A stretch of DNA of 64,000 nt, taken from contig NIVC01001520.1 of the NCBI GenBank assembly GCA_002269645.1, positions 62,001-126,000 on the forward strand, read 5' to 3'. The translations under genes and the position numbers were made by a program. Below, piece by piece: positions 1 to 13,081 of the stretch (position 1 is its first letter; the number at the start of each line of letters is the position of its first letter). The notes under the pieces are model-generated. The model worked only from the letters and a program-made list of their open reading frames with translations, did no database searches and was not told where the DNA came from. Source of the DNA: Macrostomum lignano (taxonomy: Eukaryota).

Positions 1-1828
1 TCCCAACCTGAAATCTAAGAATCCCAATCAGAAATCTAAGAATCCCAATCAGAAATCTAAGAATCCCAATCAGAAATCTAAGAATCCCAATCTGAAATCT
101 AAGAATCCCAGTCAGAAATCTAAGAATCCCAGTCAGAAATCTAAGAATCCCAGTCAGAAATCTAAGAATCCGAATCAGAAATCTAAGAATCCCAATCAGA
201 AATCTAAGAATCCCAACCTGAAATCTAAGAATCCCAATCAGAAATCGAAGAATCCCAATCAGAAATCTAAGAATCCCAATCTGAAATCTAAGAATCCGAA
301 TCAGAAATCTAAGAATCCCAGTCAGAAATCTAAGAATCCGAATCAGAAATCTAAGAATCCCAGTCAGAAATCTAAGAATCCCAATCAGAAATCTAAGAAT
401 CCCAATCAGAAATCTAAGAATCCCAACCTGAAATCTAAGAATCCCAATCCGAAATCGAAGAATCCCAATCAGAAATCTAAGAATCCCAATCAGAAGTCTA
501 AGAATCCCAGTCAGAAGTCTAAGAATCCCAGTCAGAAATCTAAGAATCCCAGTCAGAAATCTAAGAATCCCAATCCGAAATCGAAGAATCCCAATCAGAA
601 ATCTAAGAATCCCAATCAGAAATCTAAGAATCCCAATCAGAAATCTAAGAATCCCAATCTGAAATCTAAGAATCCCAGTCAGAAATCTAAGAATCCCAGT
701 CAGAAATCTAAGAATCCGAATCAGAAATCTAAGAATCCCAATCAGAAATCTAAGAATCCAAATCAGAAATCTAAGAATCCCAATCAGAAATCTAAGAATC
801 CCAACCTGAAATCTAAGAATCCCAACCTGAAATCTAAGAATCCCAATCAGAAATCTAAGAATCCAAATCAGAAATCTAAGAATCCCAATCTGAAATCTAA
901 GAATCCCAGTCAGAAATCTAAGAATCCCAGTCAGAAATCTAAGAATCCCAGTCAGAAATCTAAGAATCCGAATCAGAAATCTAAGAATCCCAATCAGAAA
1001 TCTAAGAATCCCAACCTGAAATCTAAGAATCCCAACCTGAAATCTAAGAATCCCAATCAGAAATCGAAGAATCCCAATCAGAAATCTAAGAATCCCAATC
1101 TGAAATCTAAGAATCCGAATCAGAAATCTAAGAATCCCAGTCAGAAATCTAAGAATCCGAATCAGAAATCTAAGAATCCGAATCAGAAATCTAAGAATCC
1201 CAATCAGAAATCTAAGAATCCCAACCTGAAATCTAAGAATCCCAATCAGAAATCGAAGAATCCCAATCAGAAATCTAAGAATCCCAATCTGAAATCTAAG
1301 AATCCGAATCAGAAATCTAAGAATCCCAGTCAGAAATCTAAGAATCCGAATCAGAAATCTAAGAATCCCAATCAGAAATCTAAGAATCCCAATCAGAAAT
1401 CTAAGAATCCCAATCAGAAATCTAAGAATCCCAACCTGAAATCTAAGAATCCCAATCCGAAATCGAAGAATCCCAATCAGAAATCTAAGAATCCCAATCA
1501 GAAGTCTAAGAATCCCAGTCAGAAGTCTAAGAATCCGAATCAGAAATCTAAGAATCCCAGTCAGAAATCTAAGAATCCGAATCAGAAATCTAAGAATCCC
1601 AATCAGAAATCTAAGAATCCCAATCAGAAATCTAAGAATCCCAATCAGAAATCTAAGAATCCCAACCTGAAATCTAAGAATCCCAATCCGAAATCGAAGA
1701 ATCCCAATCAGAAATCTAAGAATCCCAATCAGAAGTCTAAGAATCCCAGTCAGAAGTCTAAGAATCCCAGTCAGAAATCTAAGAATCCCAGTCAGAAATC
1801 TAAGAATCCCAGTCAGAAATCTAAGAAT
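1..1828. repeat. 21-bp minisatellite (CAGAAATCTAAGAATCCCAAT)n, intronic in XPR1
   Basis: TCCCAA recurs at 1, 22, 43, 64 and onward. The array runs off the left window edge and ends about 45 nt before the acceptor at 1873-1874. Confidence 0.97.
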
Positions 1829-1874
1829 CTCAAAATCTAAAGCGAACAGTCTAAATCCACATTCGTATTTGCAG

Positions 1875-4800
1875 TTCCGCATATTCGCTGCCCCGTTTCG
1901 TCCGGTGGCATTCTCAGATTTCTGGCTGGCCGATCAGCTGAATAGCATGTCAGTATTTTTTATTGACTCGGCCTATGGAGTCTGCTACTATGCCAGCGGC
2001 GCCGTCCGTTGGAGCGGTGGCGCTTCCGGTGTGGCTGCATCCACTTCCGCCGCCGGGAATGCTACTGTGACGGCCAGCTTTGCTGGTGTGTGACTCGATT
2101 GGAACTGCACTTGAGGGGGCATAGTGGAATAGGCTTGCATATTATTTGATACGCTGGCATATGATTTGATAGGGTTGCATATGATTTGATAGGGTTGCAT
2201 ATGATTTGGTAGGGTTGCATATGATTTGATAGGGTTACATATGATTTGATAGGGTTAAATATGATTTGATAGGGTTGCATATGATTTGATAGGGTTGCAT
2301 ATGATTTGATAGGGTTGCATATGATTTGATAGGGTTAAATATGATTTGATAGGCTGGCATATGGGTTGATAGGGTGGCATATGATTTGATAGGGTGGCAT
2401 ATGATTTGATAGGGTTACATATGATTTGATAGGGTTAAATATGATTTGATAGGGTTGCATATGATTTGATAGGGTTGCATATGATTTGATAGGGTTGCAT
2501 ATGATTTGATAGGGTTAAATATGATTTGATAGGCTGGCATATGGGTTGATAGGGTGGCATATGATTTGATAGGGTGGCATATGATTTGATAGGGTTGCAT
2601 ATGATTTGATAGGGTTGCATATGATTTGATAGGGTGGCATATGATTTGATAGGGTTGCATATGATTTGATAGGGTTGCATATGATTTGATAGGGTTGCAT
2701 ATGATTTGATAGGGTTGAATATGATTTGATAGGGTTGCATATGATTTGATAGGGTTACATATGATTTGATAGGGTTGCATATGATTTGATAGGGTTGAAT
2801 ATGATTTGATAGGGTTGCATATGATTTGATAGGGTTGCATATGATTTGATAGGGTTAAATATGATTTGATAGGGTGGCATATGATTTGATAGGGTTGCAT
2901 ATGATTTGATAGGGTTGCATATGATTTGATAGGGTTAAATATGATTTGATAGGGTTAAATATGATTTGATAGGGTTGCATATGATTTGATAGGGTTAAAT
3001 ATGATTTGATAGGGTTGCATATGATTTGATAGGGTTAAATATGATTTGATAGGGTTAAATATGATTTGATAGGGTTGCATATGATTTGATAGGGTTAAAT
3101 ATGATTTGATAGGGTTGCATATGATTTGATAGGGTGGCATATGATTTGATAGGGTTGAATATGATTTGATAGGGTTGCATATGATTTGATAGGCTGGCAT
3201 ATGATTTGATAGGGTTGAATATGATTTGATAGGGTGGCATATGATTTGATGGAATCTGATATGATTTAGTAATGTGACATAACTAAATGTATTCGGTCAA
3301 GTTAACAAATTCTAAAATAGGTTGCCACGCAGTTATATCAGATTCCAGCTTTATCCCTAACGCCTTCCTTTTATCCTCATCGCCCCCCCCGCGCTTAGTG
3401 GAATGCTCCGGCCTGGCTTACGGCCTCGCGCCACTGTTTGGCTGCCTGCCAGCCTGGTTCCGCTTTGCTCAGTGCCTTCGCCGTTACTGGGACATGCCTG
3501 AGAGGCACGCGTTCCCTCACCTGGTCAATGCCGGCAAGTACAGCATGACCTTCTTTGCCACTGCGGGCGCAGTTGCGCATCATGCTACTGGAAGTAAGAT
3601 AATGCGATTTTTATAACTTCCATCCATCCATCCATCCATCCATCCATCCATCCATCCATCCATCCATCCATCCATCCATCCATCCATCCATCCATCCATC
3701 CATCCATCCATCCATCCATCCATCCATCCATCCATCCATCCATCCATCCATCCATCCATCCATCCATCCATCCATCCATCCATCCATCCATCCATCCATC
3801 CATCCATCCATCCATCCATCCATCCATCCATCCATCCATCCATCCATCCATCCATCCATCCATCCATCCATTCATCCATCCATCCATCCATCCATCCATC
3901 CATCCATCCATCCATCCATCCATCCATCCATCCATCCATCCATCCATCCATCCATCCATCCATCCATCCATCCATCCATTCATTCATTTATCCATCCATC
4001 CATTCATCCATCCATCCATCCATCCATCCATCCATCCATCCATCCATCCATCCATCCATCCATCCATCCATTCATTCATTCATTCATTCATCCATCCATC
4101 CATCCATCCATCCATTCATCCATCCATCCATCCATCCATCCATCCATCCATCTATCCTTCCTTTCTTCCAAGGATATCTCCAACGCGCCATAAATAACTT
4201 GAGCATATTTTCCACTCCCACAGACTGGATCGCTCTGACAGTTCACATCTGTCTGTTCCTGCTAGCAGCGGCCTACGGCTACACCTGGGACATTCTAATG
4301 GACTGGGGCCTGTTGTACCGGCCTAAAGAGGGCCAATTGTTGCGCGAAGATCTAGTTTATAGTAGAACATGGGTATATTATGCTGCTATGATTGAAAATT
4401 TACTGTTGCGACTTTCTGGTTTAGCTGCTATCGCTTCTAGGTCCTATTTAACCGAGGGTCATCATCAGGTTGGTGATTTTACTTTCTATCAGCTTTTTTA
4501 GGTACATTACATGGGTGTTGGGCTAGCGGGTCTGATATTGACTCTGTAGGGAAATAATTCTTCAGATGTACATTCTAAGGCTGACGGGGCTCTTATTGAT
4601 TCGCGGGAGAGAGTGAGAGAAGTCTTTAGACGTACATTCTAGGGGTGACGGGACTGTTTTGATTCGCAGGAGAAAGTGAGAGAAGTCTTCAGATGTACAT
4701 TCTAGGGGTGAAGGGGCTGTTATTGATTCGCGGACAGAGAGAGAGAGAGAAGTCTTCAGATGTACATTCTAGGGGTGACGGGACTGTTATTGATTTGCGG

Positions 4801-5424
4801 GAGAGAAAAAAGTCTTCAGATGTACATTCTAGGGGTGACGGGTCTGTTAGCGATTGGAAGAGAAATTTTAGAATTTATATATATGAGTTATTCGCGAGGG
4901 CGAACTCGTACTGTACTTGTATGTATTTTCCATGGATGTTGGTTGGGGCTGCTTGTCGAGTGAGCTTTCATGAGCATCGGTGTACATCCTGTACATTTAA
5001 TTTGAAACTGGACGCTGCACAGTGCTTGTATATGTTTTTCCAGGTACTGATGAGCGGCTTAGCTCTATTGGAGGTGTTTCGCCGGTTTATCTGGAACTAT
5101 TTCCGCTTAGAGAACGAGCACCTGAATAATTGCGGCCAATTCCGAGCTGTCCGCGACATCAACATCAAACCGGTGGACGTGCCGATGGACGCGGATCCCG
5201 GATTCAATGGCAGCAACTGCGGCGGCGGAGGTGGCGCAGGCGGCGGTGGCGACGGCGACGGGAGAGATGGCAACGCCACTGATGCAGTCGAAGTCGGCGA
5301 CGAAGACTTGGAGGCCATTGTGCCGAAGCGATACGCTCCACATCTGTACAGGGCGTCGATGAAGAGGCGCGAGCAGCAACAGCAGCAGCAGCAACAGCAG
5401 CAGCAGCAACAGCAGCAGCAGCAA

Positions 5425-5456
<32 letters not shown>

Positions 5457-5688
5457 TCAGCAGCAACAACAGGAGCAGCAATTGTTTCGCAGCATACGCA
5501 GCATCTGCAGCGGCAGCAGCGGCACCCGCGGCGGTAGCGGCAGCGGACGATGGCGCAGGGTTGGAGAAGACTCGGAATCGATTCCAGAACAGCAGCAGCA
5601 ATCGAATGCTTCGCCGTCTCGTTTTGCCAATCTGTCAATGGCTGACGCATTTCTCATAGCTGACAAAGCTGACGAATTCAATGTTTAA
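1875..5688 (+). CDS. XPR1: XPR1/SYG1-type phosphate exporter, EXS domain, last four coding exons (5' part outside window)
   Basis: Exons 1875-2085, 3399-3593, 4173-4468, 5044-5688, with GT-AG sites and compatible phases (1,1,0). Motifs [37 protein letters not shown] and [30 protein letters not shown] match the EXS family as I recall it. Confidence 0.95.
2140..3260. repeat. 20-bp minisatellite (CATATGATTTGATAGGGTTG)n in XPR1 intron
   Basis: Exact 20-nt period visible as aligned columns in the 60-nt lines. Confidence 0.97.
3618..4152. repeat. (CATC)n tetranucleotide microsatellite in XPR1 intron
   Basis: About 530 nt of CATC with occasional CATT, ending just before the polypyrimidine tract and AG at 4171-4172. 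Confidence 0.98.
4555..4850. repeat. Degenerate ~64-bp tandem repeat, about 5 copies, in XPR1 intron
   Basis: AGATGTACATTCTAGGGGTGACGGG...GAGAAGTCTTC recurs near 4564, 4630, 4691, 4758 and 4818. Confidence 0.85.
5374..5481 (+). repeat. Coding CAG/CAA repeat giving polyQ in the XPR1 C-terminal tail
   Basis: 27 Q, H, 5 Q, E, 2 Q. CAA is interspersed every fifth codon. Confidence 0.95.
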
Positions 5689-6199
5689 CAGCTGGATAAC
5701 AGATTTCTTGAATTGCTTTGCAATTAAACAGCCTGCATTCAACGGTCCATGCGATGAAGATATGCTAATTAGGCCTAAAGCCAGTGGGTTCTAGAAAGAC
5801 ATTATCTTGACAAGATTAGTTTCTTATTACCTAATTATCAACTCTTACCTACAGCTGCAGCAACCTTTCTGACCAGTACTAAAAACAACTGGAAACCCCT
5901 CACCTGTTTGCCCGGGATGATTAATCTGTTAATTAGTTTTGCCCGCTAGTCGAATCTGTTTTTTTTGTTTATATTGACATTGTTTATTTTTTTCTGTTCT
6001 TTTTTCACGCTTCAGTGCTTTCTCGTAGTTTCTTCTGTTAAAATTTATAGCAATGATATTTTATTAGTGGCTTGTTATAAACTTGTTATTCTGACTTTGT
6101 TGCATTTCTTTCAAACTTTTGTAGCTTTGATGAGTAGTCGTGATTCTTTTATTAGAGTTTTTTACTTTTAACGCATGAATGAACATCTTGTAGATTTGT

Positions 6200-6480
6200 T
6201 TTGCCTAAATAGGTTTGCAATGCGCGCTAAAATAGGTTTGTAATTGGCGCCAAAAAAGGTTTGTGATTAGCGCTAAAACACATTTGGGATTTTAGGCGCG
6301 AAAAAAGTTTTATCATTAGCGACTTGCTTTTTTGATAAACCAAAACAGACTAGGTCGGATATCTTAGCGCCTAAAATAGGTTTGTCTTCGGCGCTTAGAC
6401 ATGCACTGTGATTGGTGTAATAAATTAGGTTTATTACCATACATAGGCGCCAATATTAAGTAGGTATTTAGCGTCATATT
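6200..6480. repeat. Highly degenerate ~25-bp repeat (GGCGCTAAAATAGGTTTG-like)
   Basis: Recurrent GCGC/GCGCT followed by AAAATAGGTTTG variants. Possibly the subterminal repeats of an old element. Confidence 0.45.
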
Positions 6481-6999
6481 GTTTCTCCCGCCCGACAGCT
6501 TTAGAACAATTTTTTTAATTGACTTTCTATTTGTCCCTTGCTTGACAGAGAGATCAATATTGTATTTAATATATTTTACTTCTGTTAACTTCTTTACTGT
6601 AGGGTCAACAGGTGTAAAAATGATTTTTTTGTTTTTTTAGTATTAGAAAAATGCATTTCCCTTGAGTTACTTAATGTACTCGTAGTTAAGTTTAGATTTT
6701 GTTTCATTACTCTTGTAAGTAGTGTACATGTAAAATTGTTAACTGATTTTAATTGAATTTTCTGCCTGCTCAAATACTGACTGAGTATATTGTGCAATTC
6801 AGTGTTATCTGTTATCTGTAAATAATAAACAGCCTCTAGGCTTCCCGGGTCACCCAATGCACCTCATTAATAGTGATCAAACCAGAACTTGCCTGCAATG
6901 GAAGTCTTGAGGCTGCCTTCAGTCTTCTGCCTTTATTTAATAAGACTTACAATTTTAGCATCATACAAACCATTTTTAGTATATAGGAATTCATGCGAG

Positions 7000-9930
7000 A
7001 ATTCTCTATGCTGAGGAATAGTTCTCATGCTGTGGGAGACTTTCTATGCTATGGGAGAATTTTTTCATGCTGTGGGAGAATTTCTATGCTGGGGGAGAAT
7101 TTCTACATGTATATTGTGGGAGAATTTCTATACTGTGGGAGAATTTCTAGGCTGTGGGAGAATTTCTACATGTATATTGTGGGAGAATTTCTATACTGTG
7201 GGAGAATTTCTATGCTGTGGGAGAATTTCTATATCGTGGGAGAATTTCTATGCTGTGGGAGAATTTCTAGGCTGTGGGAGAATTTCTATATCGTGGGAGA
7301 ATTTCTATGCTGTGGGAGAATTTCTATATCGTGGGAGAATTTCTATGCTGTGGGAGAATTTCTATTTTGTGGGAGAATTTCTATGCTGTGGGAGAATTTC
7401 TATGCTGTGGGTGAATTTCTATGCTGTGGGAGAATTTCTAGGCTGTGGGAGAATTTCTATGCTGTGGGAGAATTTCTATGCTGTGGGAGAATTTCTATGC
7501 TATGGGAGAATTTCTATGCTGTGGGAGAATTTCTATGCTGTGGGAGAGTTTCTATGCTGTGGGAGAATTTCTATGCTGTGGGAGAGTTTCTATGCTGTGG
7601 GAGAATTTCTATGCTATGGGAGAATTTCTATGCTGTGGGAGAGTTTCTATGCTGTGGGAGAGTTTCTATATTGTGGGAGAATTTCTATGCTGTGGGAGAA
7701 TTTCGATATTGTAGAAGAATTTCTATATTGTAGAAGAATTTCTATATTGTGGGAGAATTTCTATGCTGTGGGAGAATTTCTATGCTATGGGAGAATTTCT
7801 ATGCTGTGGGAGAATTTCTATATTGTAGAAGAATTTCTATATTGTGGGAGAATTTCTATGCTGTGGGAGAATTTCTAGGCTGTGGGAGAATTTCTATATG
7901 TATATTGTGGGAGAATTTCTATGCTGTGGGGGAATTTCTATGCTGTGGGAGAATTTCTATGCTGTGGGAGAATTTCTAGGCTGTGGGAGAATTTCTATAT
8001 TGTGGGAGAATTTCTATGCTGTGGGAGAATTTCTATATTGTAGAAGAATTTCTATATTGTGGGAGAATTTCTATACTGTGGGAGAATTTCTAGGCTGTGG
8101 GAGAATTTCTAGGCTGTGGGAGAATTTCTATGCTATGGGAGAATTTCTATGCTGTGGGAGAATTTCTATATTGTGGGAGAATTTCTATATTGTGGGAGAA
8201 TTTCTATGCTGTGGGAGAATTTCTGTATTGTAGGAGAATTTCTATATTGTAGAAGAATTTCTAAATTGTGGGAGAATTTCTATACTGCGGGAGAATTTCT
8301 AGGCTGTGGGAGAATTTCTAGGCTGTGGGAGAATTTCTATGCTATGGGAGAATTTCTATATTGTGGGAGAATTTCTATACTGTGGGAGAATTTCTAGGCT
8401 GTGGGAGAATTTCTATGCTATGGGAGAATTTCTATGCTGTGGGAGAATTTCTATATTGTGGGAGAATTTCTATATTGTGGGAGAATTTCTATGCTGTGGG
8501 AGAATTTCTATGCTGTGGGAGAATTTCTATATTGTAGGAGAATTTCTATATTGTAGAAGAATTTCTATATTGTAGAAGAATTTCTATATTGTGGGAGAAT
8601 TTCTATACTGTGGGAGAATTTCTAGGCTGTGGGAGAATTTCTATGCTATGGGAGAATTTCTATGCTGTGGGAGAATTTCTATATTGTAGAAGAATTTCTA
8701 TATTGTGGGAGAATTTCTATGCTGTGGGAGAATTTCTAGGCTGTGGGAGAATTTCTATATGTATATTGTGGGAGAATTTCTATATTGTAGAAGAATTTCT
8801 ATATTGTGGGAGAATTTCTATGCTGTGGGAGAATTTCTATGCTGTGGGAGAATTTCTATGCTGTGGGAGAATTTCTAGGCTGTGGGAGAATTTCTATATT
8901 GTGGGAGAATTTCTATGCTGTGGGAGAATTTCTATATTGTAGGAGAATTTCTATATTGTAGAAGAATTTCTATATTGTAGAAGAATTTCTATATTGTGGG
9001 AGAATTTCTATACTGTGGGAGAATTTCTAGGCTGTGGGAGAATTTCTACATGTATATTGTGGGAGAATTTCTATACTGTGGGAGAATTTCTATGCTGTGG
9101 GAGAATTTCTATGCTGTGGGAGAATTTCTAGGCTGTGGGAGAATTTCTATGCTGTGGGAGAATTTCTATTTTGTGGGAGAATTTCTATGCTGTGGGAGAA
9201 TTTCTATGCTGTGGGAGAATTTCTATGCTGTGGGTGAATTTCTACATGTATATTGTGGGAGAATTTCTATACTGTGGGAGAATTTCTATAATGTGGGAGA
9301 ATTTCTATGCTGTGGGAGAGTTTCTATTTTGTGGGAGAATTTCTATGCTGTGGGAGAATTTCTATGCTGTGGGAGAATTTCTATGCTGTGGGTGAATTTC
9401 TATAATGTGGGAGAATTTCTATGCTGTGGGAGAATTTCTATTTTGTGGGAGAATTTCTATGCTGTGGGAGAATTTCTATGCTGTGGGAGAATTTCTATGC
9501 TGTGGGTGAATTTCTACATGTATATTGTGGGAGAATTTCTATACTGTGGGAGAATTTCTAGGCTGTGGGAGAATTTCTACATGTATATTGTGGGAGAATT
9601 TCTATACTGTGGGAGAATTTCTATAATGTGGGAGAATTTCTATGCTGTGGGAGAATTTCTAGGCTGTGGGAGAATTTCTACATGTATATTGTGGGAGAAT
9701 TTCTATACTGTGGGAGAATTTCTATATCGTGGGAGAATTTCTATGCTGTGGGAGAATTTCTATGCTGTGGGAGAATTTCTATGCTGTGGGAGAATTTCTA
9801 TGCTGTGGGAGAATTTCTATATCGTGGGAGAATTTCTATGCCGTGGAAGAATTTCTATGCTGTGGAGAATTTCTATGCTATGGGAGAATTTCTATATCGT
9901 GGGAGAATTTCTATGCTGGAGAGAATTTCT
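7000..9930. repeat. 19-bp minisatellite (GGGAGAATTTCTATGCTGT)n, about 2.9 kb, intergenic
   Basis: Direct reading. Variant units include an 8-nt ATGTATAT-type insertion. Confidence 0.97.
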
Positions 9931-10409
9931 GATTCTGGCCCTGAACCCGAAGAGAAACGAAAGAGATCATTGTGTAAATTCGAGTTTGTGATCAAGTGCC
10001 ATTTGAAATTTATGAAACCGTGATGACGTAGTGAACCCCCCCCCTCCAAGGCAGCCAAAATTGAAAGTTCCGAGTTGATAAAAATAGACTCGAGTAATTC
10101 TGGAATTGCCTTTTTACACAATTACTAGCTACTGTTGGAACTTTATATTTTTGTGCCTGAAGGCATTACCTGACAGTGCTACATCTTATCTATATCGTCA
10201 CTACCTAGTGACCTGCAAGATTACAAGCAGACGCGTGTCGAATATTTTAATCTATAGTAAACACAAACTCCACGGGATTCCCTCCTAACTCGGAACGGGA
10301 ACTGTGTGCCTCGTTATAAAATTGGACCCTTCCAGAAGCTCGCTATGTAAGATTGTATCTTTTCTGCCACCAACTGAAGCAAACTTCGTCTCTTGGTGCT
10401 GCGTCAATC

Positions 10410-10907
10410 ATGCGATTTCAATGCTCGATTCCGTATTTACTGCTAGTTGGCCTTGCTCTGCTGCATCGGACCAGAGCCAGCGCCATTCCCACCTACCTGT
10501 GGCCAACCAGCAGACCGGTGCTGGAGTCCCGCATCCTCACTAGTAATCAGTTTGACAAGGCTAATCTGGAAGCTTTCCGTCAGGCTATTTTGATGACGGA
10601 GCCGTTCTATCCGCGACAGGACGATCGACTCGAGGGAGTTGCGGCGCCCTTCGCCGCCTGTCGTCCGCTGGACCCTCCGTCGGTGCGCGTGGAGTCGAAT
10701 CTGCCACCCAGCTGGGAGTCGATCCGGTCCTGCGTAGCGGCCAGCTCGCTCAGCGGCTACCTGTGGAGTCGCATTCGGTGCGAGCCGGCGGCGACTGGAC
10801 TCAAACTGGAGTTGAGACTGCGCGAGTCGCGATGGCCTGCTGAGCGCAGCTACCAGCTGGAGCTGCAAAGGGATTTCAGCTGGGCCTGCCGTGCCGTAAG
10901 ACGCTAG
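10410..10907 (+). CDS. Orphan single-exon putative secreted protein, 165 aa
   Basis: ATG at 10410 opens MRFQCSIPYLLLVGLALLHRTRASA, which looks like a signal peptide. GC-rich coding-like composition in AT-rich flanks, TATAAAA near 10316, AATAAA near 11295. No family recognised. Confidence 0.7.
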   Translation: MRFQCSIPYLLLVGLALLHRTRASAIPTYLWPTSRPVLESRILTSNQFDKANLEAFRQAILMTEPFYPRQDDRLEGVAAPFAACRPLDPPSVRVESNLPPSWESIRSCVAASSLSGYLWSRIRCEPAATGLKLELRLRESRWPAERSYQLELQRDFSWACRAVRR

Positions 10908-11944
10908 CGCTTGACATGCGCAATACCAGATCAAATAGTAGATCGTTGGCAGTTGAGATAGAAAGTTCTCAGTGTTCTTTTGTCTTTTTTATCTTGTGCT
11001 AAGAAAGCTGAAAAATTCCTCTTCTCATTAAAGCGCAGCCCATTCACAATCGTATCTCTCTCCATGGTGCCCCGCTGCTAAGCGTACTTTTTGGTATTAC
11101 ACTTGTACATTGCGTTTTCATTTATATCAGTTTCTTACATGCCCTGCAAATGCCACTTTTTAAACATATCGCCTTAATGCTGTATACAGAGCTCGCTTAT
11201 AAATAAGCATGTCGCTCTCTGATAGCTGACTGGCCCGCCCTGTTTTTTGCTTTAACTTTGTACATTGCTCTCATCTTATCTCAAGCTTATCTCAAATAAA
11301 ATCAAAGACTGTGCACATTTGATATTAAATTTACATTTTTAAAGTGGGTTTAATAATTCCTGTCGTGGTAATAACTGTTATGAGCTTTCCTAACTACTTG
11401 GTCACTCTTCTACACATATCAAACATGGCATACTGGCCCAGGCTGCATAAGCGCGGAGTGTCATAAGCTCATGTTTATCATAAGCATGCTGTGCAACGCT
11501 GTTGGTTATCTACAATTTGGCTGTACGCATCTATCGCGTAACTGTTGCAACAGTTTAGAAAACTAATTACCATTATCCATATTGAGCTTTGTTGACTGAA
11601 GAGTGCTCAACTTACTGTCTTTGTCACCTGACTGGATCCCGCATGTCTGTATCAGGCGTGGCAATGACTCAGACTGGGCCCCACCTGTACGATGGCAGCC
11701 AAGGAGTTCATATAGACCACAACATGGAGATAAGGTACTACTCCAAGTTCTATTGCGCTAGGTATTTATGCACCCGCATGAATTATATACAGCATTCAAA
11801 ATTGTCTGAGTCATTGATACAACTGGTTCATTTATTTAACATTTATTCAATTGAGTTAGTCTTTGTATCACAGCAATATAGCAATCGTACGCTCGCATTA
11901 TTAGGGATCGTTTAAAATTGTTTTAACAATTAAAAACCCTAATA

Positions 11945-12190
11945 TTAGTGGAGGTATACGCAAGGGATCCAAGGGGTTTGAGGGGGTCAGCTGACCTCCC
12001 TGAAAAAATCAGGGGATCATGAGCCACCAATGGAAATTTGAGACAAAACTAAAATTCAACTGTTTTCTATATGAAAAAAATATTGGAGGAGGGACAGCAT
12101 AACTTTACTCAATGGCGAATCCGGGAGGGCGTCAAAGGGGGGTCAGCTGACCACTTTGACCCCCGGGAAAAAACCCATGATCCGTCGATT
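11945..12190. mobile_element. Degenerate remnants of short non-autonomous elements (hAT/Tip100-like MITE)
   Basis: Two GGGGTCAGCTGACC cores and a CAATGGCGAATCCGGG start resembling CAGTGGCGGATCCAGG-type termini. No clean TSD found. Confidence 0.3.
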
Positions 12191-12429
12191 CGAAAGACAT
12201 CAGGCCGGTGTCCAACTTGCGTGTATATTCACTCGCGTAGCACCTATCACATCCACAATTGACAGGTGAACTCTCGTGATCATCTGCACATTTCTGGGAC
12301 ACTTCAGCAAACAGTGACTTCCACTTCTTCGGCGACCGATGCTGCTTCCAGTGAAGTGGCTGGTCGTGTCGTCAAAGAAGATGAAGATCGTCTCTATTAG
12401 CGTGCTAGACGTCTAGGGTAATGGGGTGC

Positions 12430-12672
12430 GACAGGGGTGTCTATCGATTGGGACAGGGGTGCCTATACATGTAAATTGGGACAGGCGGGTCTATAGATTG
12501 GGACAGGGGTGCCTATCGATTGGGACAGGTGCCTATAGATTGGGACAGGTGCCTATAGATTGGGACAGGGGTGTCTTTAGATTAGGACAGGGGTGCCTAT
12601 AGATTGGGATAGGGGTGCCTATAGATTGGGATAGGGGTGTCTTTAGATTAGGGCAGGGGTGCCTATAGATTG
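12430..12672. repeat. ~22-bp minisatellite (GGGACAGGGGTGCCTATAGATT)n
   Basis: About 11 imperfect copies. Confidence 0.9.
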
Positions 12673-13081
12673 TCTATAGAAAGTCACCGGTGAAAAAGTT
12701 ACCGATGGGAAGGCCCACATATCTAGAAGGAATTTAATTTAGCTGTAATTCGCACGATTTGCGAGCAAGTAGAGCCCTTCTGCTTTAGTTGTCTATTTGA
12801 TGGGGAATATCGAGTAATTACCTCAGAAAAAAGAAAACAGTAAGTCACAAGAATTTGTTAAAGCATTCGATAAAGAGTTCGTTACAAGTCAGCAAAAATG
12901 ATTTTACTCATAGCTTCAATTCCAGCTTCCCCTCCATTGGCGATTGAGTTTTCCTGATGTCAGCCAATGTGAGAGAGAGGCGCTAAAGAGAGGCGCTCGC
13001 GCTTCTGAAGAAGGCATAAATTTGAGTCGTTCAGTAATAATAATGCTCAGCTGAGTTCTGAGTATAGAGTCAATTGCAAGA

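Noticed and set aside
5745-5765. GCGATGAAGA resembling a 5.8S rRNA motif
   Set aside because: It is a 10-nt chance match, and the flanks do not resemble rRNA.
6993-10023. Many Cys/Trp-rich ORFs (WENFYAVGEFLCCGRIS)
   Set aside because: They are all frames of the 19-bp minisatellite, with frequent frame switches and no unique coding sequence.
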